Source: an uncultured Solirubrobacterales bacterium
GTDB lineage: Bacteria > Actinomycetota > Thermoleophilia > Solirubrobacterales > 70-9
Length of the DNA stretch: 64,000 nucleotides
NCBI GenBank assembly: GCA_963745305.1
Contig: CAVUWL010000001.1
Span: forward strand, 32,278-96,277
Direction of reading: 5' to 3'
The position numbers and the translations under genes are program-made. Every line of letters starts with the position of its first letter. Positions within the stretch are counted from its first letter, which is position 1. The notes beneath the pieces are model-generated. The model was not told where the DNA came from. It saw nothing but the letters and a program-made list of their open reading frames with translations, and ran no database searches. Shown here piece by piece: positions 10,929-19,679 of this stretch.

Positions 10929-12941
10929 CTATGACTTTCGACTGGGATCGTTCTGCTCGATCACGTCGGCCGACCACTTTGGCTCCAACCGCTCGGCCCA
11001 GTAGCCGATCCCCCCGTGGTGCACCACTGCGCTGTAGAGGCTCCGCCGGTTTGTTTCGAGAAACTCCCGCTTCTTGGGAACGTGTTTGCCTTCTCCTATG
11101 AACTCGATCAGCTCACGCTCGATCCGCTCATCGGTCCAGAATCTCTTCTCCGTTGTGCGGAACTCGAGCCCGAACTCCCTGGCCCACCGCGCCATCCCGC
11201 CGCGATGCTGAATCGCCTCATAGACTGCCGTCATTCCTGCCGCTTTGAGCTCCTTGATCTGCGGCCACTCCGTCCGGCCCTCAACAAAGGGTGCCAGCGC
11301 GTTCCGAAGTAGGGGATCGGTCCAAAAGAACGTCCGCTCTCGGACTGCTAACCCCAGCTTGTGTGCCCAAAAATACGGGCCACCCCAATCCATCACCTGA
11401 GCGTGTAGGAGGGCACGTCCATCATCTGCGAAATCACCGTAGCTTGGCCATGCGCTGCGATTTCCCAGGAAGGCGCGCAGCTCCCTCTCGATCCGCTCCT
11501 TTGACCACGATCGAATTGCCACGAGCTTGCTCGCACCCCTGGGTTCTTGCTCGAATCGTTCGGCCTTCCTGGCGCCACCCCTATCGGCGTACGGTCCCTG
11601 ACCCGGCTCCCAGACCCACGTGCGCTCCGCCACCGGCTTCTTGCCCCGCGCCACCACAACGCAGTCCACGAACTCACCCACAGCTGCTCGCCGTTCATCC
11701 CAGCTCAGCTTCGACCATCGAGCTTCGAGATCTGTGGCGTTGAATTGAGGTCGCCGTATCGTCTTCGTTGACCGGTTCACCACCAGTAGCGCTTGCTCGA
11801 CCGTGCGTTGGCGACTGATCACCCCAGCCTCGAAAGCATCCGCCCCCAGCCTGCGATGCAGGCTCGAATTGTCACGATAGGCAGCCAGGGTCTCCCTTGC
11901 CTTCTCAAGCGCCTCCTCGCCGCCCGCTACGCTGACCTCGCTGCCGCTTGAGCCGGCCTGGCGGCATATCTTGAACACGAATTCCTCGATCAACGGGTCA
12001 AGTTGATCGTTTCGCACGTGGGCCGGTTCGCGACACCTGCCGCTCAGATCGCGGCAGTTATAGCGGTAGACGCCGCTTTGATTCCACGTCGCGCCCATCA
12101 ACACGCCGCAGCCAGCACACCGCACTCGCCCGCTGGCCAGAGCTTGCACCTCTCGATGGGGCTTTCTCGCGGCCGGCTGACATGCCTCCCAGGTGTCTTG
12201 ATCCACGATCGGCTCGTGCCCCTTCGGATTGTTGTGAGGCCCAGAGTGAACTTCTCCCCGGTAGGCGCGAGTCTTCACCAGTAGTTCCACGTGGGAGCAA
12301 CTAAAAGGAACGCCGGTATGGGTTTTCAGCTCCGAGTCGTTCAAAAAGCGGGCGATCGTTCGGAACGACTCTCCCCGCAGGCGCCGCCCATACATCTCTC
12401 TGATCACCGGCGCCTCCTTCGGCTCGATCCGCAGCCTGCGGTCCTTTCCCCGCCGGTACCCCGGCGGAGCGGACTGAAAAATGTAGATCCCGCGAGCGAC
12501 TGCCCGTCCTCGCGCGATGTCCCAGTTAATCCGTACTCGTTCGAGCTCCCACTCTCCGATTGAGAACATAATCCGCAGCACCAGCTTGCCCGTTGAAGTG
12601 CTCAAATCGAATCCGTCCTGCACACTGACGAATGTCCCTCCCGCGTCCTCGATCCGAGCAATAGCGCTCAGGCCGTCCAGGAGAGAGCGACCAAAGCGGT
12701 CGAGCTTGGCAACGACCATCCCATCGGATTCACCGTTTTCCACCCGCTCGATCGCTTTCATCAAAAGTGGTCGGTCCGCTCGCCCTCCGCTCTCGTCAAG
12801 CTCTTCGAAGACATCGCCGAGGAGTGCTCTGTTCGAGCTTGTCCAGGCCTCGATCTGCTCGCGCTGGACCGATGGAGAGATGAACGCATCACCCCGTCGG
12901 CCTGCTACCTGTGAAACCCGGATGTAGCCGTCGAGGATCAA
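10929..12941 (-). CDS. large serine recombinase, paralog of 8925..10925
   Basis: MILDGYIRVSQVAGRRGDAFISPSVQ...VVAKLDRFGRS. Cys cluster CAGCG. Same triple C-terminal repeat at about 10929..11455. TTG start. Stop is 3 nt from the start of the downstream recombinase. Confidence 0.9.
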   Translation of the reverse strand: MILDGYIRVSQVAGRRGDAFISPSVQREQIEAWTSSNRALLGDVFEELDESGGRADRPLLMKAIERVENGESDGMVVAKLDRFGRSLLDGLSAIARIEDAGGTFVSVQDGFDLSTSTGKLVLRIMFSIGEWELERVRINWDIARGRAVARGIYIFQSAPPGYRRGKDRRLRIEPKEAPVIREMYGRRLRGESFRTIARFLNDSELKTHTGVPFSCSHVELLVKTRAYRGEVHSGPHNNPKGHEPIVDQDTWEACQPAARKPHREVQALASGRVRCAGCGVLMGATWNQSGVYRYNCRDLSGRCREPAHVRNDQLDPLIEEFVFKICRQAGSSGSEVSVAGGEEALEKARETLAAYRDNSSLHRRLGADAFEAGVISRQRTVEQALLVVNRSTKTIRRPQFNATDLEARWSKLSWDERRAAVGEFVDCVVVARGKKPVAERTWVWEPGQGPYADRGGARKAERFEQEPRGASKLVAIRSWSKERIERELRAFLGNRSAWPSYGDFADDGRALLHAQVMDWGGPYFWAHKLGLAVRERTFFWTDPLLRNALAPFVEGRTEWPQIKELKAAGMTAVYEAIQHRGGMARWAREFGLEFRTTEKRFWTDERIERELIEFIGEGKHVPKKREFLETNRRSLYSAVVHHGGIGYWAERLEPKWSADVIEQNDPSRKS

Positions 12942-12974
12942 ATCCCAAGCCAGCTCAATTGGGCAAACCTACGC

Positions 12975-13252
12975 ATGCTAGCTATTCATGCTAACCCATT
13001 AGCAGGAATAGCTCCGACGATTGGTGAATCGCCCGCCCAAAACGCCAAGCCCCCGATGCCCTGGCCCGGCTTAATTCATTCGCCAAGGACCACGCCGAGC
13101 GTGAGGCGCAACAGGCTCAGTCTCGCGAGCGCCACCGCGCCGAGCGCGATCGCGCCATCCGCGCCGCCTATCGCGACGGTTTGCCGATGGCCGCCATCGC
13201 CAGGGCGCTGAATATGTCTCACCAGCGCGTATCCCAGATCGTCAGAAGCTAG
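12975..13252 (+). other. possible small HTH protein remnant
   Basis: Frame ending at TAG 13250..13252 reads ...FAKDHAEREAQQAQSRERHRAERDRAIRAAYRDGLPMAAIARALNMSHQRVSQIVRS (sigma-r4/HTH-like). There is no canonical start in that frame upstream of 13181. It may join ORF 12975..13211 by a frameshift. Confidence 0.3.
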
Positions 13253-13417
13253 TGTCCCGAGTCGTAAGTCGTGTGTCAGATCCGGCGAGTGGATCGCCGG
13301 TCGTGGCAAGGACGCAGGATGCAGACTTTGCCGGTTGGCAAAGGCAAATCCGAGGACACCGCCACGGGCGTTGAGACGCCGCCTGGGTGGTGCAGGACTT
13401 GCGACTCGGGACACTAG
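13249..13417. repeat. 22-bp inverted repeat (21/22 match) flanking a 125-bp spacer
   Basis: CTAGTGTCCCGAGTCGTAAGTC at 13249..13270. GACTTGCGACTCGGGACACTAG at 13396..13417 is its reverse complement with one mismatch. Confidence 0.85.
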
Positions 13418-13625
13418 ATCGGAGTGGGGAGGGGGGGCAACTTTTCGCGCCCCCCCTCCTTATGCCGACATGCCCACCTACTACCGGCGGTCCGAGAGAT
13501 GACCGAATCCGCTGTTCCCGAGAGAGCCCGCCCGGTTTCTCTAGCCGCTCGCGGCCACAGAACTCTGCGAATTAATGCTCACCCACAAATTGCGCCCTAA
13601 CCGAATGTCCCGCCTCTGTCCAACC

Positions 13626-14984
13626 TCACCCATCGCCCTCGCCGTGATTCCCCACCGGCACCAACCTGTCACGAGGGATATGGACCGGCTCGACTCTCTC
13701 GTTTCCGACCACAACGGCGTAGGCCTCCTCGGCGCCCAGGAACGGCACCAGGCTGATGTAGGCAGACATCCGAATCAGTTCCGCCAATCGCCCCGGCACT
13801 CTCGGCACGTCGATGTCATAGAGCAGCGCGTAGATTGCCCCGCCGATTGCCTCGCCGACGACCGGCGGCGTCTCGGGAGCCAGCTCGTAGCCGGGCTCCA
13901 GCAGCCCCTCGATCATCTTGCCAACGGCCTCGCGGTGCTCAAGCGCCCTGCTTCCGGCCGCATACATATCCGTTCCATTGAGGCGCGCGTACTCGGGCTC
14001 CGCCACGCTGAACTGAAACATTGCCTCCTCGGCCGCCAGCACTCGGTGCTGCCAATCAAAGGCCGAACGCGCCGCGGCCTCCATCTTCAGCGAGGCGTTG
14101 TCCAACGCAGCGACCATCGCGTCCTCTTTGTTGGCGAACGATTCGTAAAAGGTCCGCTGCGAAGTGCGAGCTCGTTGCACAATCTCGGCCACCGAGGTCT
14201 CCAGGTAGCCCTGCTCGGCGATCACCGCGGCCATCGCTCGCAGCACCCGCTCCTGTGGGCTCGAGGCCGCTTGGCGCTCTTCGAACGGCCGCGGCTCAAG
14301 CGAACGCGGCTGTGGTGCCCGCAGTGGACCGGGGGGTGGGGGGTAGCCGAGCATCCAGTCCCAGAGCGCCGGCGCCAGCTCGACCAGCTCCTCCTCTTGG
14401 CCCGAATTAAGGCGCCTGCGAATTACCTTCTGCACCCCGCCGATCAGCGCCCTGATTACCTCCGTCGGCATGTCCTCTCCACCGCGGGCCGAGTCGAGCA
14501 GCCGCTCCAGCACGGCCTCAAATCCGTCCAGTACTCGCTCGGCCAGAGCGACTCCCTTCGGCCCAGCCGCGTAGACATCAAAGACGACCCTCGCCGCCAC
14601 CGGCTGCTCCACGATCGCGCCAATCAGGGCTCCGAACGCCTCCCTGATCGACTCCCGATCTTCTCGCTCCAACCCCCCGCTGAGCCGCTCCGTCACCGGT
14701 TCGACCAGCTCCTCGATCATCGCCAGGAAACAGGCCTCCTTGTCCTCGAAGTGCTGGTAAAACGCGCTCCGCGAAACCCCGCACAACTCGGACAAATCGG
14801 CGACTCGGGTTGCCTCATAGCCTTTCGCCGCCACGGTCGCGAGCATCGATGCGAACAGCCTCTCGCGCTGATTTCGTTCCGCCACATCGCGCGGCGTGCC
14901 TCGTCCTGGGGGCATCATTCTCGCCCTCAGTTCGTCCGAATCGCCCCAGGGAGTTTGCACCATGTCAAGCGACGATACCCCCAT
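13626..14984 (-). CDS. double-domain (tandem-fused) TetR-family regulator, unit 1
   Basis: Two TetR HTH units: RERLFASMLATVAAKGYEATRVADLSELCGVSRSAFYQHF and QERVLRAMAAVIAEQGYLETSVAEIVQRARTSQRTFYESF. By homology with 43003..44286 the true start is probably MVQTPWG at 14963. Confidence 0.85.
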   Translation of the reverse strand: MGVSSLDMVQTPWGDSDELRARMMPPGRGTPRDVAERNQRERLFASMLATVAAKGYEATRVADLSELCGVSRSAFYQHFEDKEACFLAMIEELVEPVTERLSGGLEREDRESIREAFGALIGAIVEQPVAARVVFDVYAAGPKGVALAERVLDGFEAVLERLLDSARGGEDMPTEVIRALIGGVQKVIRRRLNSGQEEELVELAPALWDWMLGYPPPPGPLRAPQPRSLEPRPFEERQAASSPQERVLRAMAAVIAEQGYLETSVAEIVQRARTSQRTFYESFANKEDAMVAALDNASLKMEAAARSAFDWQHRVLAAEEAMFQFSVAEPEYARLNGTDMYAAGSRALEHREAVGKMIEGLLEPGYELAPETPPVVGEAIGGAIYALLYDIDVPRVPGRLAELIRMSAYISLVPFLGAEEAYAVVVGNERVEPVHIPRDRLVPVGNHGEGDG

Positions 14985-14999
14985 CTTGGCCTCCTCAGC

Positions 15000-15045
15000 G
15001 GTACGTCTACGTATTTAAGAGTAAAATTTACTGGTACGTCAACGT
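15000..15045. promoter_or_regulatory. candidate operator: two GGTACGTC(T/A)ACGT boxes in an AT-rich divergent promoter region
   Basis: GGTACGTCTACGT at 15000..15012 and GGTACGTCAACGT at 15033..15045. Each contains a TACGT-nn-ACGT inverted repeat. They are separated by ATTTAAGAGTAAAATTTACT and lie 16-60 nt upstream of the TetR ORF. A TTGACA hexamer sits at 15155..15160. Confidence 0.35.
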
Positions 15046-15449
15046 CCCAGACACCGTATCAAGCCGTGCCTCGTTTCAGCCAATATTTTCCCCATTATAA
15101 TGCGAAATTCGTAGGGCTCGCGACCCGTTTGCTCCTAAATGTTCGCCGATGGGCTTGACAAACGCGGTCCGCATGTGGTCCAATATCTGCGGGCTTACGG
15201 CACCCACTGATCCGTTTGCGGGTAGGCGGTGTTCCAGCCCAGGAGAAGATATGAACCGGCTGACCCGGACTGGGGCAGGGGATCCACGGAAGTGGATCGG
15301 GCCCAGGGGATGGGAAGCCATGGCAGAGGAGTTGCTACGTGAGGACATCGTCGGGACTGGGTTCCGGCTTCACCGCAGATCGAGCCATCGGCTCGGCGTG
15401 GTCTTCCGTGGCCTCTTCCGAGGATTTATCTGTTTCGGTTGTGTCCCTT

Positions 15450-15695
15450 GGCCGCGGCACTGGTTGCTCTGACCTTGAGCGGCTCGCGCAACGCCCCGTG
15501 AGCAAGGTAAGACCGCCCCTCCGCGGCGGAGGCGGGGGCGAGGGAGCGAGATTGCCGGTGATGCTTAGCGCGACCGAGCGGAAGCTGAGCACGCGGACGG
15601 AATTTAAAAATTGCGCTCGTCCCGGCTCCCTGGCCGACGACGCAAATGGAGCCCTGACTCTCCGGGTTCCCGATCAAAACAGCGTGGGCGGCCCC
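15450..15695. repeat. leader repeat modules A+B, copy 1
   Basis: Module A 15450..15606 (157 nt) recurs at 16257..16413. Module B 15611..15695 recurs at 16106..16186. A shorter B relative occurs in the unit-2 leader at 44779..44835 (GCGCTCGTC..TCCCTG..GAC...GGGCGGCCCC). Confidence 0.8.
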
Positions 15696-15860
15696 TTAGG
15701 TCTTGGGGGCAATCCCTGCCGTCCCCGGGCTTGGGCCGCCTGCGACTGTTCTCAGCTCCGTGCCACATCAGGCCGGACCGCAGTCACCCGCAGGGTGGCC
15801 GCAGGCCGAGGCCGAGCTGTTGCGAGTGCGTTGACGGCGAGTCCGGCTCACAATTTCCTC

Positions 15861-15937
15861 AGGTCGGCAGGGAGCTTTGCCTCTTCGCCCACCTACTGTC
15901 CCGCCACCACGCTGTCGGCAAAACTCCCTGCCGACCT
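15861..15937. repeat. long hairpin (21-bp stem, 35-nt loop), copy 1
   Basis: AGGTCGGCAGGGAGCTTTGCC at 15861..15881 pairs with GGCAAAACTCCCTGCCGACCT at 15917..15937 (one mismatch). Confidence 0.8.
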
Positions 15938-16105
15938 ACATGCTGGTGTAGGCGTAACCGCTCCATCCCACGACGCGACCCCGGGGACCACCACCCCCAC
16001 CGCGTCTCTCGCCCTAACGGCTGGCCAAACCATCCGGGCTGTGCCATCCTCGTTGGGCTTCTTCCCGGTCCAGCACCCTCAAGTGATGGCCCCCAACTTC
16101 CAAGC

Positions 16106-16413
16106 TTGCGCTCGTCCCGGCTCCCTGGCCGACGGCGCAAATGGAGCCCTGAATCTCCGGGCTCCTCGTAACGGTGCGGGCGGCCCCTACAGCCTCGCGA
16201 TGCTCCCTGCTCCCGAGTCTGGGGCCGCCCGCGTCTCCTCTTCAAGCCCTGCTCTAGGCCGTGGCGCTGGTTGCTCTGACCTCGAGCGGTTTGAGCAACG
16301 CCCCGTGAGCAAGGTAAGACCACCCGTCCGCGGCGGAGGCGTGAGCGAGGGAGCGAGATTTCCGGTGATCGTGAGCGCGACCGAGCGGGAGCTGAGCACG
16401 CGGACGGAATTTA
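16106..16413. repeat. leader repeat modules B+A, copy 2
   Basis: See 15450..15695. The order of B and A is swapped relative to copy 1. Confidence 0.8.
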
Positions 16414-16439
16414 TGAGGACCGCGGCCAATAATCTAGTT

Positions 16440-16516
16440 AGGTCGGCAGGGAGCTTTGCCTCTTCGCCCACCTATCGTCCCTTCTCTCCTCTCTCGGCAA
16501 AGCTTCCTGTCGACCT
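16440..16516. repeat. long hairpin, copy 2
   Basis: AGGTCGGCAGGGAGCTTTGCC at 16440..16460 pairs with GGCAAAGCTTCCTGTCGACCT at 16496..16516 (two mismatches). It lies about 170 nt upstream of the first cassette gene. Confidence 0.8.
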
Positions 16517-16684
16517 ACATGCCTCAGTTTCCGTGACCGTTTCGTCCCTCGACGCGTCGCGGGGGACCACCGAGTCCGCCTCGTCCCTCGCTCCAAGGGC
16601 TACCCACTCCTCCCTGCCCATCTACCTGGCTCGGTGGGCAGGGAGGAGTGGGGGAGACGGCTTCGCCGCCAGCGGAGCCCCCGG

Positions 16685-19376
16685 ATGAACTCCCCCCGCG
16701 TTCCCCTCGCGCTCGCTACGACCCTCGCCGCGCTCACGTCCCTCGTTCTCACTGCCTCCCCCGCCCTCGCCAAGGAATTCCACACCTTCAAATCCTCCTT
16801 CGGAAAAGGCGGATCCGGCAACGGGGAACTCGCCCTGGTTGCCCCCAGCCTCTCCGAACCAAAGAGCGCGGGCAGCGACCTTGCCGTCAACACCGAAGCC
16901 GGCGACGTTTACGTCGCCGACACCGGCAACGCCCGCGTCCAGGTGTTCTCATCCTCTGGCAGTTTCATTCGTACCTTCGCCACCGCCGACCCAACCTTCA
17001 TTGCCGTAGATAACTCCACCGGCGCCTCCAAGGGCGACGTCTACGTCGCCGACTCCACCACCAACACCGTCTCCAAATTCCAATCCAACGGCACCCTGAT
17101 CACCAGCTGGGGCACCGTCGGCCAGCTCTCAGGCTTTGCCGGCATCGCTGGCATCGCCGTCGACTCCTCCGGCAACCTTTGGATCTACGACCAAACCGGC
17201 CAGATGCGCGAGTACGCCCCAGACGCCAGCCCCATCACTGAATGGAACTCCGGCTTTGGCGTCACTCCCATCGGCATCGCCGTCGACTCCTCCGGCAACC
17301 TCTACGTCGCCCGCGGCGAACCCGCTATTGCCAAGCTCAGCACCACCGGCGCGACCATCGCCGAATCGGTCGATCCCGGCCCTGCCACCGGCCTCGCCCT
17401 CGACCCCTCCGGCGATGACCTCTACGTCGACCACGGCGCCGAAGTCGTCCACTACGGCTCGACCGGCGAACATCTTGAGAGCTTCGGTCTTCCCGATAGC
17501 GGCGCAGGTGCCGGCCTTGCCCTCGGCTCCTCCCACACCGTCTACCTCGCCGACACCACCAACCAGCGCATCGACATTTTCACTCTCAGCCCCGGCGTCG
17601 ACCTCACCGTCGCCAAGCAAGGCACCGGCTCCGGCGAAGTCACCTCCAGCCCGTCCGGCATCGCCTGCGGCTCCACCTGCACCGAAGAATTCGCCAACGG
17701 CGGCAAGGTCATCCTCACCGCCACCCGCGCCACCCACAGCAAGTTCACCGGCTGGGAAGGCTGCCCAAATGTGATCAGCACCAACGAATTCGACCCCAGC
17801 GAATGCGAAGTCCCAGATCTCACCGCCGCCTCCGAAGTCAAGGCCGCCTTCGAGCCGATCCCCCAGGCCGAACTTAAAGTCGAACTCGAAGGCTCCGGCG
17901 AACTCACCAGCTCTCCCTCCGGCATTGCCTGCACCGAAGGTGACGCCGGCACCTGCGCCGCACAATTCGACACCGAAGGCCCCGAAGCCACCGTCACCCT
18001 CTTCGCCTCGGCCGCCGCCGACAACCACTTCAAGGAATGGACCGGCTGCGAAGAACCGAGCGAAACCGAATGTAAGGTCACGATCAGCGCCGCCCGCTCG
18101 GTCAAGGCCGTCTTCGCCCCCACCTTCCAGACCCTGCCAATCGCCAAATCCGGGCCCGGCGAAGTCACCAGCTCTCCCGCGGGAATCGACTGCGGCGAAG
18201 ACCAGTGCTCCCACGAATTCCAGGAAGGCTCCACCGTCACCCTCACCGCCAGTCCCGGCGCTCACAACCACGTCACCTGGGGGCCGGGGAGTGCAAGGCC
18301 GAATCTGGCCCCAACCACGAACAATGCGAAGTCGAAATCGGCTCCTCCGAAACCACTGTGCAAGCCGAATTCTCCGTCAATATCCACACCCTCACCGTCG
18401 CCACCAGCGGCGCCGGCTCGCTCAGCGCCGCCAGCGGCCCGATCTCCAACTGCCCGAAGTTCGGCGGCACCTGCTCGGGCCGCTACCCCGAGGCCTCCAC
18501 CGTCACCCTCATCGCCTCGCCCTTCGCCCACCACCACGTGGAATGGGAAGCTGGCGAGTGCACCGAAGAACCGAGCCCCACCGAATGCGAAGTCGAAGTC
18601 GGCCCCTCTGACGAAACACTCCCCGTCGCCTTCGCCCCCAACACCCAGACCCTCACAGTCCTCCCCACCGGCCCCGGGCTCATCAGCGCCGACAGCGGCA
18701 CGATCGCCTACTGCTCCGCGACCGGCGGCACCTGCTCGGGCAACTACATCGAAGCCGCCACCCTCACCCTGATTGCGTCCCCCGGCCCCGGCCAGGCGGT
18801 CTCCTGGCATGGCTGCGCCGCCGAACCCACGTCCGACACCTGTCAAGTCGAAATCAGCCCCGCCGCCTCCGCCGGTAAAAGCCACCTTCGCCCAAATCAC
18901 CCACACCTTGATCGTTACCAAGGTCGGCTCCGGACAGGGCTCGGTCACCTGCAACGGCGCCCCCTGCGCCTCCGCCTACCCCGCAGGCACCGACCCTCAC
19001 GCTCACTGCCACCCCCGCCGCCGGCTCCACCTTCGCCGGCTGGAGTGGGGGAGGGTGCTCCGGCACCGGCGCCTGCCATCTCACTCTCGAAGCCGACACC
19101 ACCCTCACCGCCACCTTCAACGCCAAACCGCCGCCAGCCGAACAACACTGCGTCGTCCCCACCCTCACCGGCAAGACCCTCGCCCAGGCCGGCTCCGCCC
19201 TCGGCGCCGCCCACTGCACCCTCGGCAAGGTGACCAAACCCAAGCCTAAGAAAGGTCACAAGCTCGGCCCGCTCGTCGTCAAGTCCATCTCACCGCCCGC
19301 TGGCACCACCTTGCCCGCTGACAGTCAGGTCAACGTCACCCTCGGCTCGAAGCCTAAGCCTAAGAAGAAGCACTAG
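16685..19376 (+). pseudogene. secreted NHL-propeller + InlB-B-repeat protein with PASTA-like C-terminal domain, three frameshifts (unit 1)
   Basis: Signal peptide MNSPRVPLALATTLAALTSLVLTASPALA. NHL blades GDVYVADTGNARVQVFSSSG, GDVYVADSTTNTVSKF, GNLYVARG. About seven repeats of G.GEVTSSPSGIACG..C...F..G..V.LTA.P...S.F.GW.G.C.....C.V. C-terminus CVVPTLTGKTLAQAGSALGAAHCTLGKVTKPKPKKGHKLGPLVVKSISPPAGTTLPADSQVNVTLGSKPKPKKKH. Frame changes at the G5 run 18279..18283, near 18870 and near 18990. Confidence 0.8.
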
Positions 19377-19470
19377 GAGCCCAACTATGAGTCTTCGCCA
19401 ACCCCACCACGCCGCCACCGCTGAGCTAGCAACCGCAAGCCGCGGCGCAGTCACCCGTAGGGCGCAGCGA

Positions 19471-19606
19471 GGCGGAGCGAGCAAGCAGTCGCAATCTGAC
19501 TCTTCTGCGCCGCGAGCGAAGCCGAAGCATTTGTCGCTCGGCCGAGGCCGAGCGACAGCGAGCGCCTCGACGGCGGTCCCGGCTCACAATCTCATTAGGT
19601 CGGCAG
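19471..19606. repeat. dispersed intergenic repeat (unit 1)
   Basis: 19471..19530 resembles 24233..24295 (GCGAGCAAGCAGTCGC(A/G)ATCTGA...). 19531..19606 resembles 15806..15880 (GGCCGAGGCCGAGC...CCGGCTCACAAT.TC.T.AGGTCGGCAG). Confidence 0.7.
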
Positions 19607-19679
19607 TAAGCGCTCCGTCGACCAACCACGCTCCACGGACCACCCCCCACACCCCGCCCCTCACCACCGGAGCCCGCGC

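Noticed and set aside
13575-15158. 527-aa forward ORF
   Set aside because: It is antisense to the well-supported double-TetR gene 13626..14984. The Arg/His/Leu/Pro-rich product is typical of a shadow ORF in high-GC DNA.
15450-16516. CRISPR array
   Set aside because: Repeat units are 60-157 nt, occur only twice, vary in order and are imperfect. There is no regular repeat-spacer periodicity and there are no cas genes.
15339-16688. 449-aa forward ORF spanning the unit-1 leader
   Set aside because: Third-position GC is much lower than in neighbouring genes. The ORF is built from nucleotide repeat modules that also occur in clearly intergenic gaps. Differences between module copies show no synonymous bias. 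It ends inside the signal-peptide region of the next gene. Treated as non-coding repeats.
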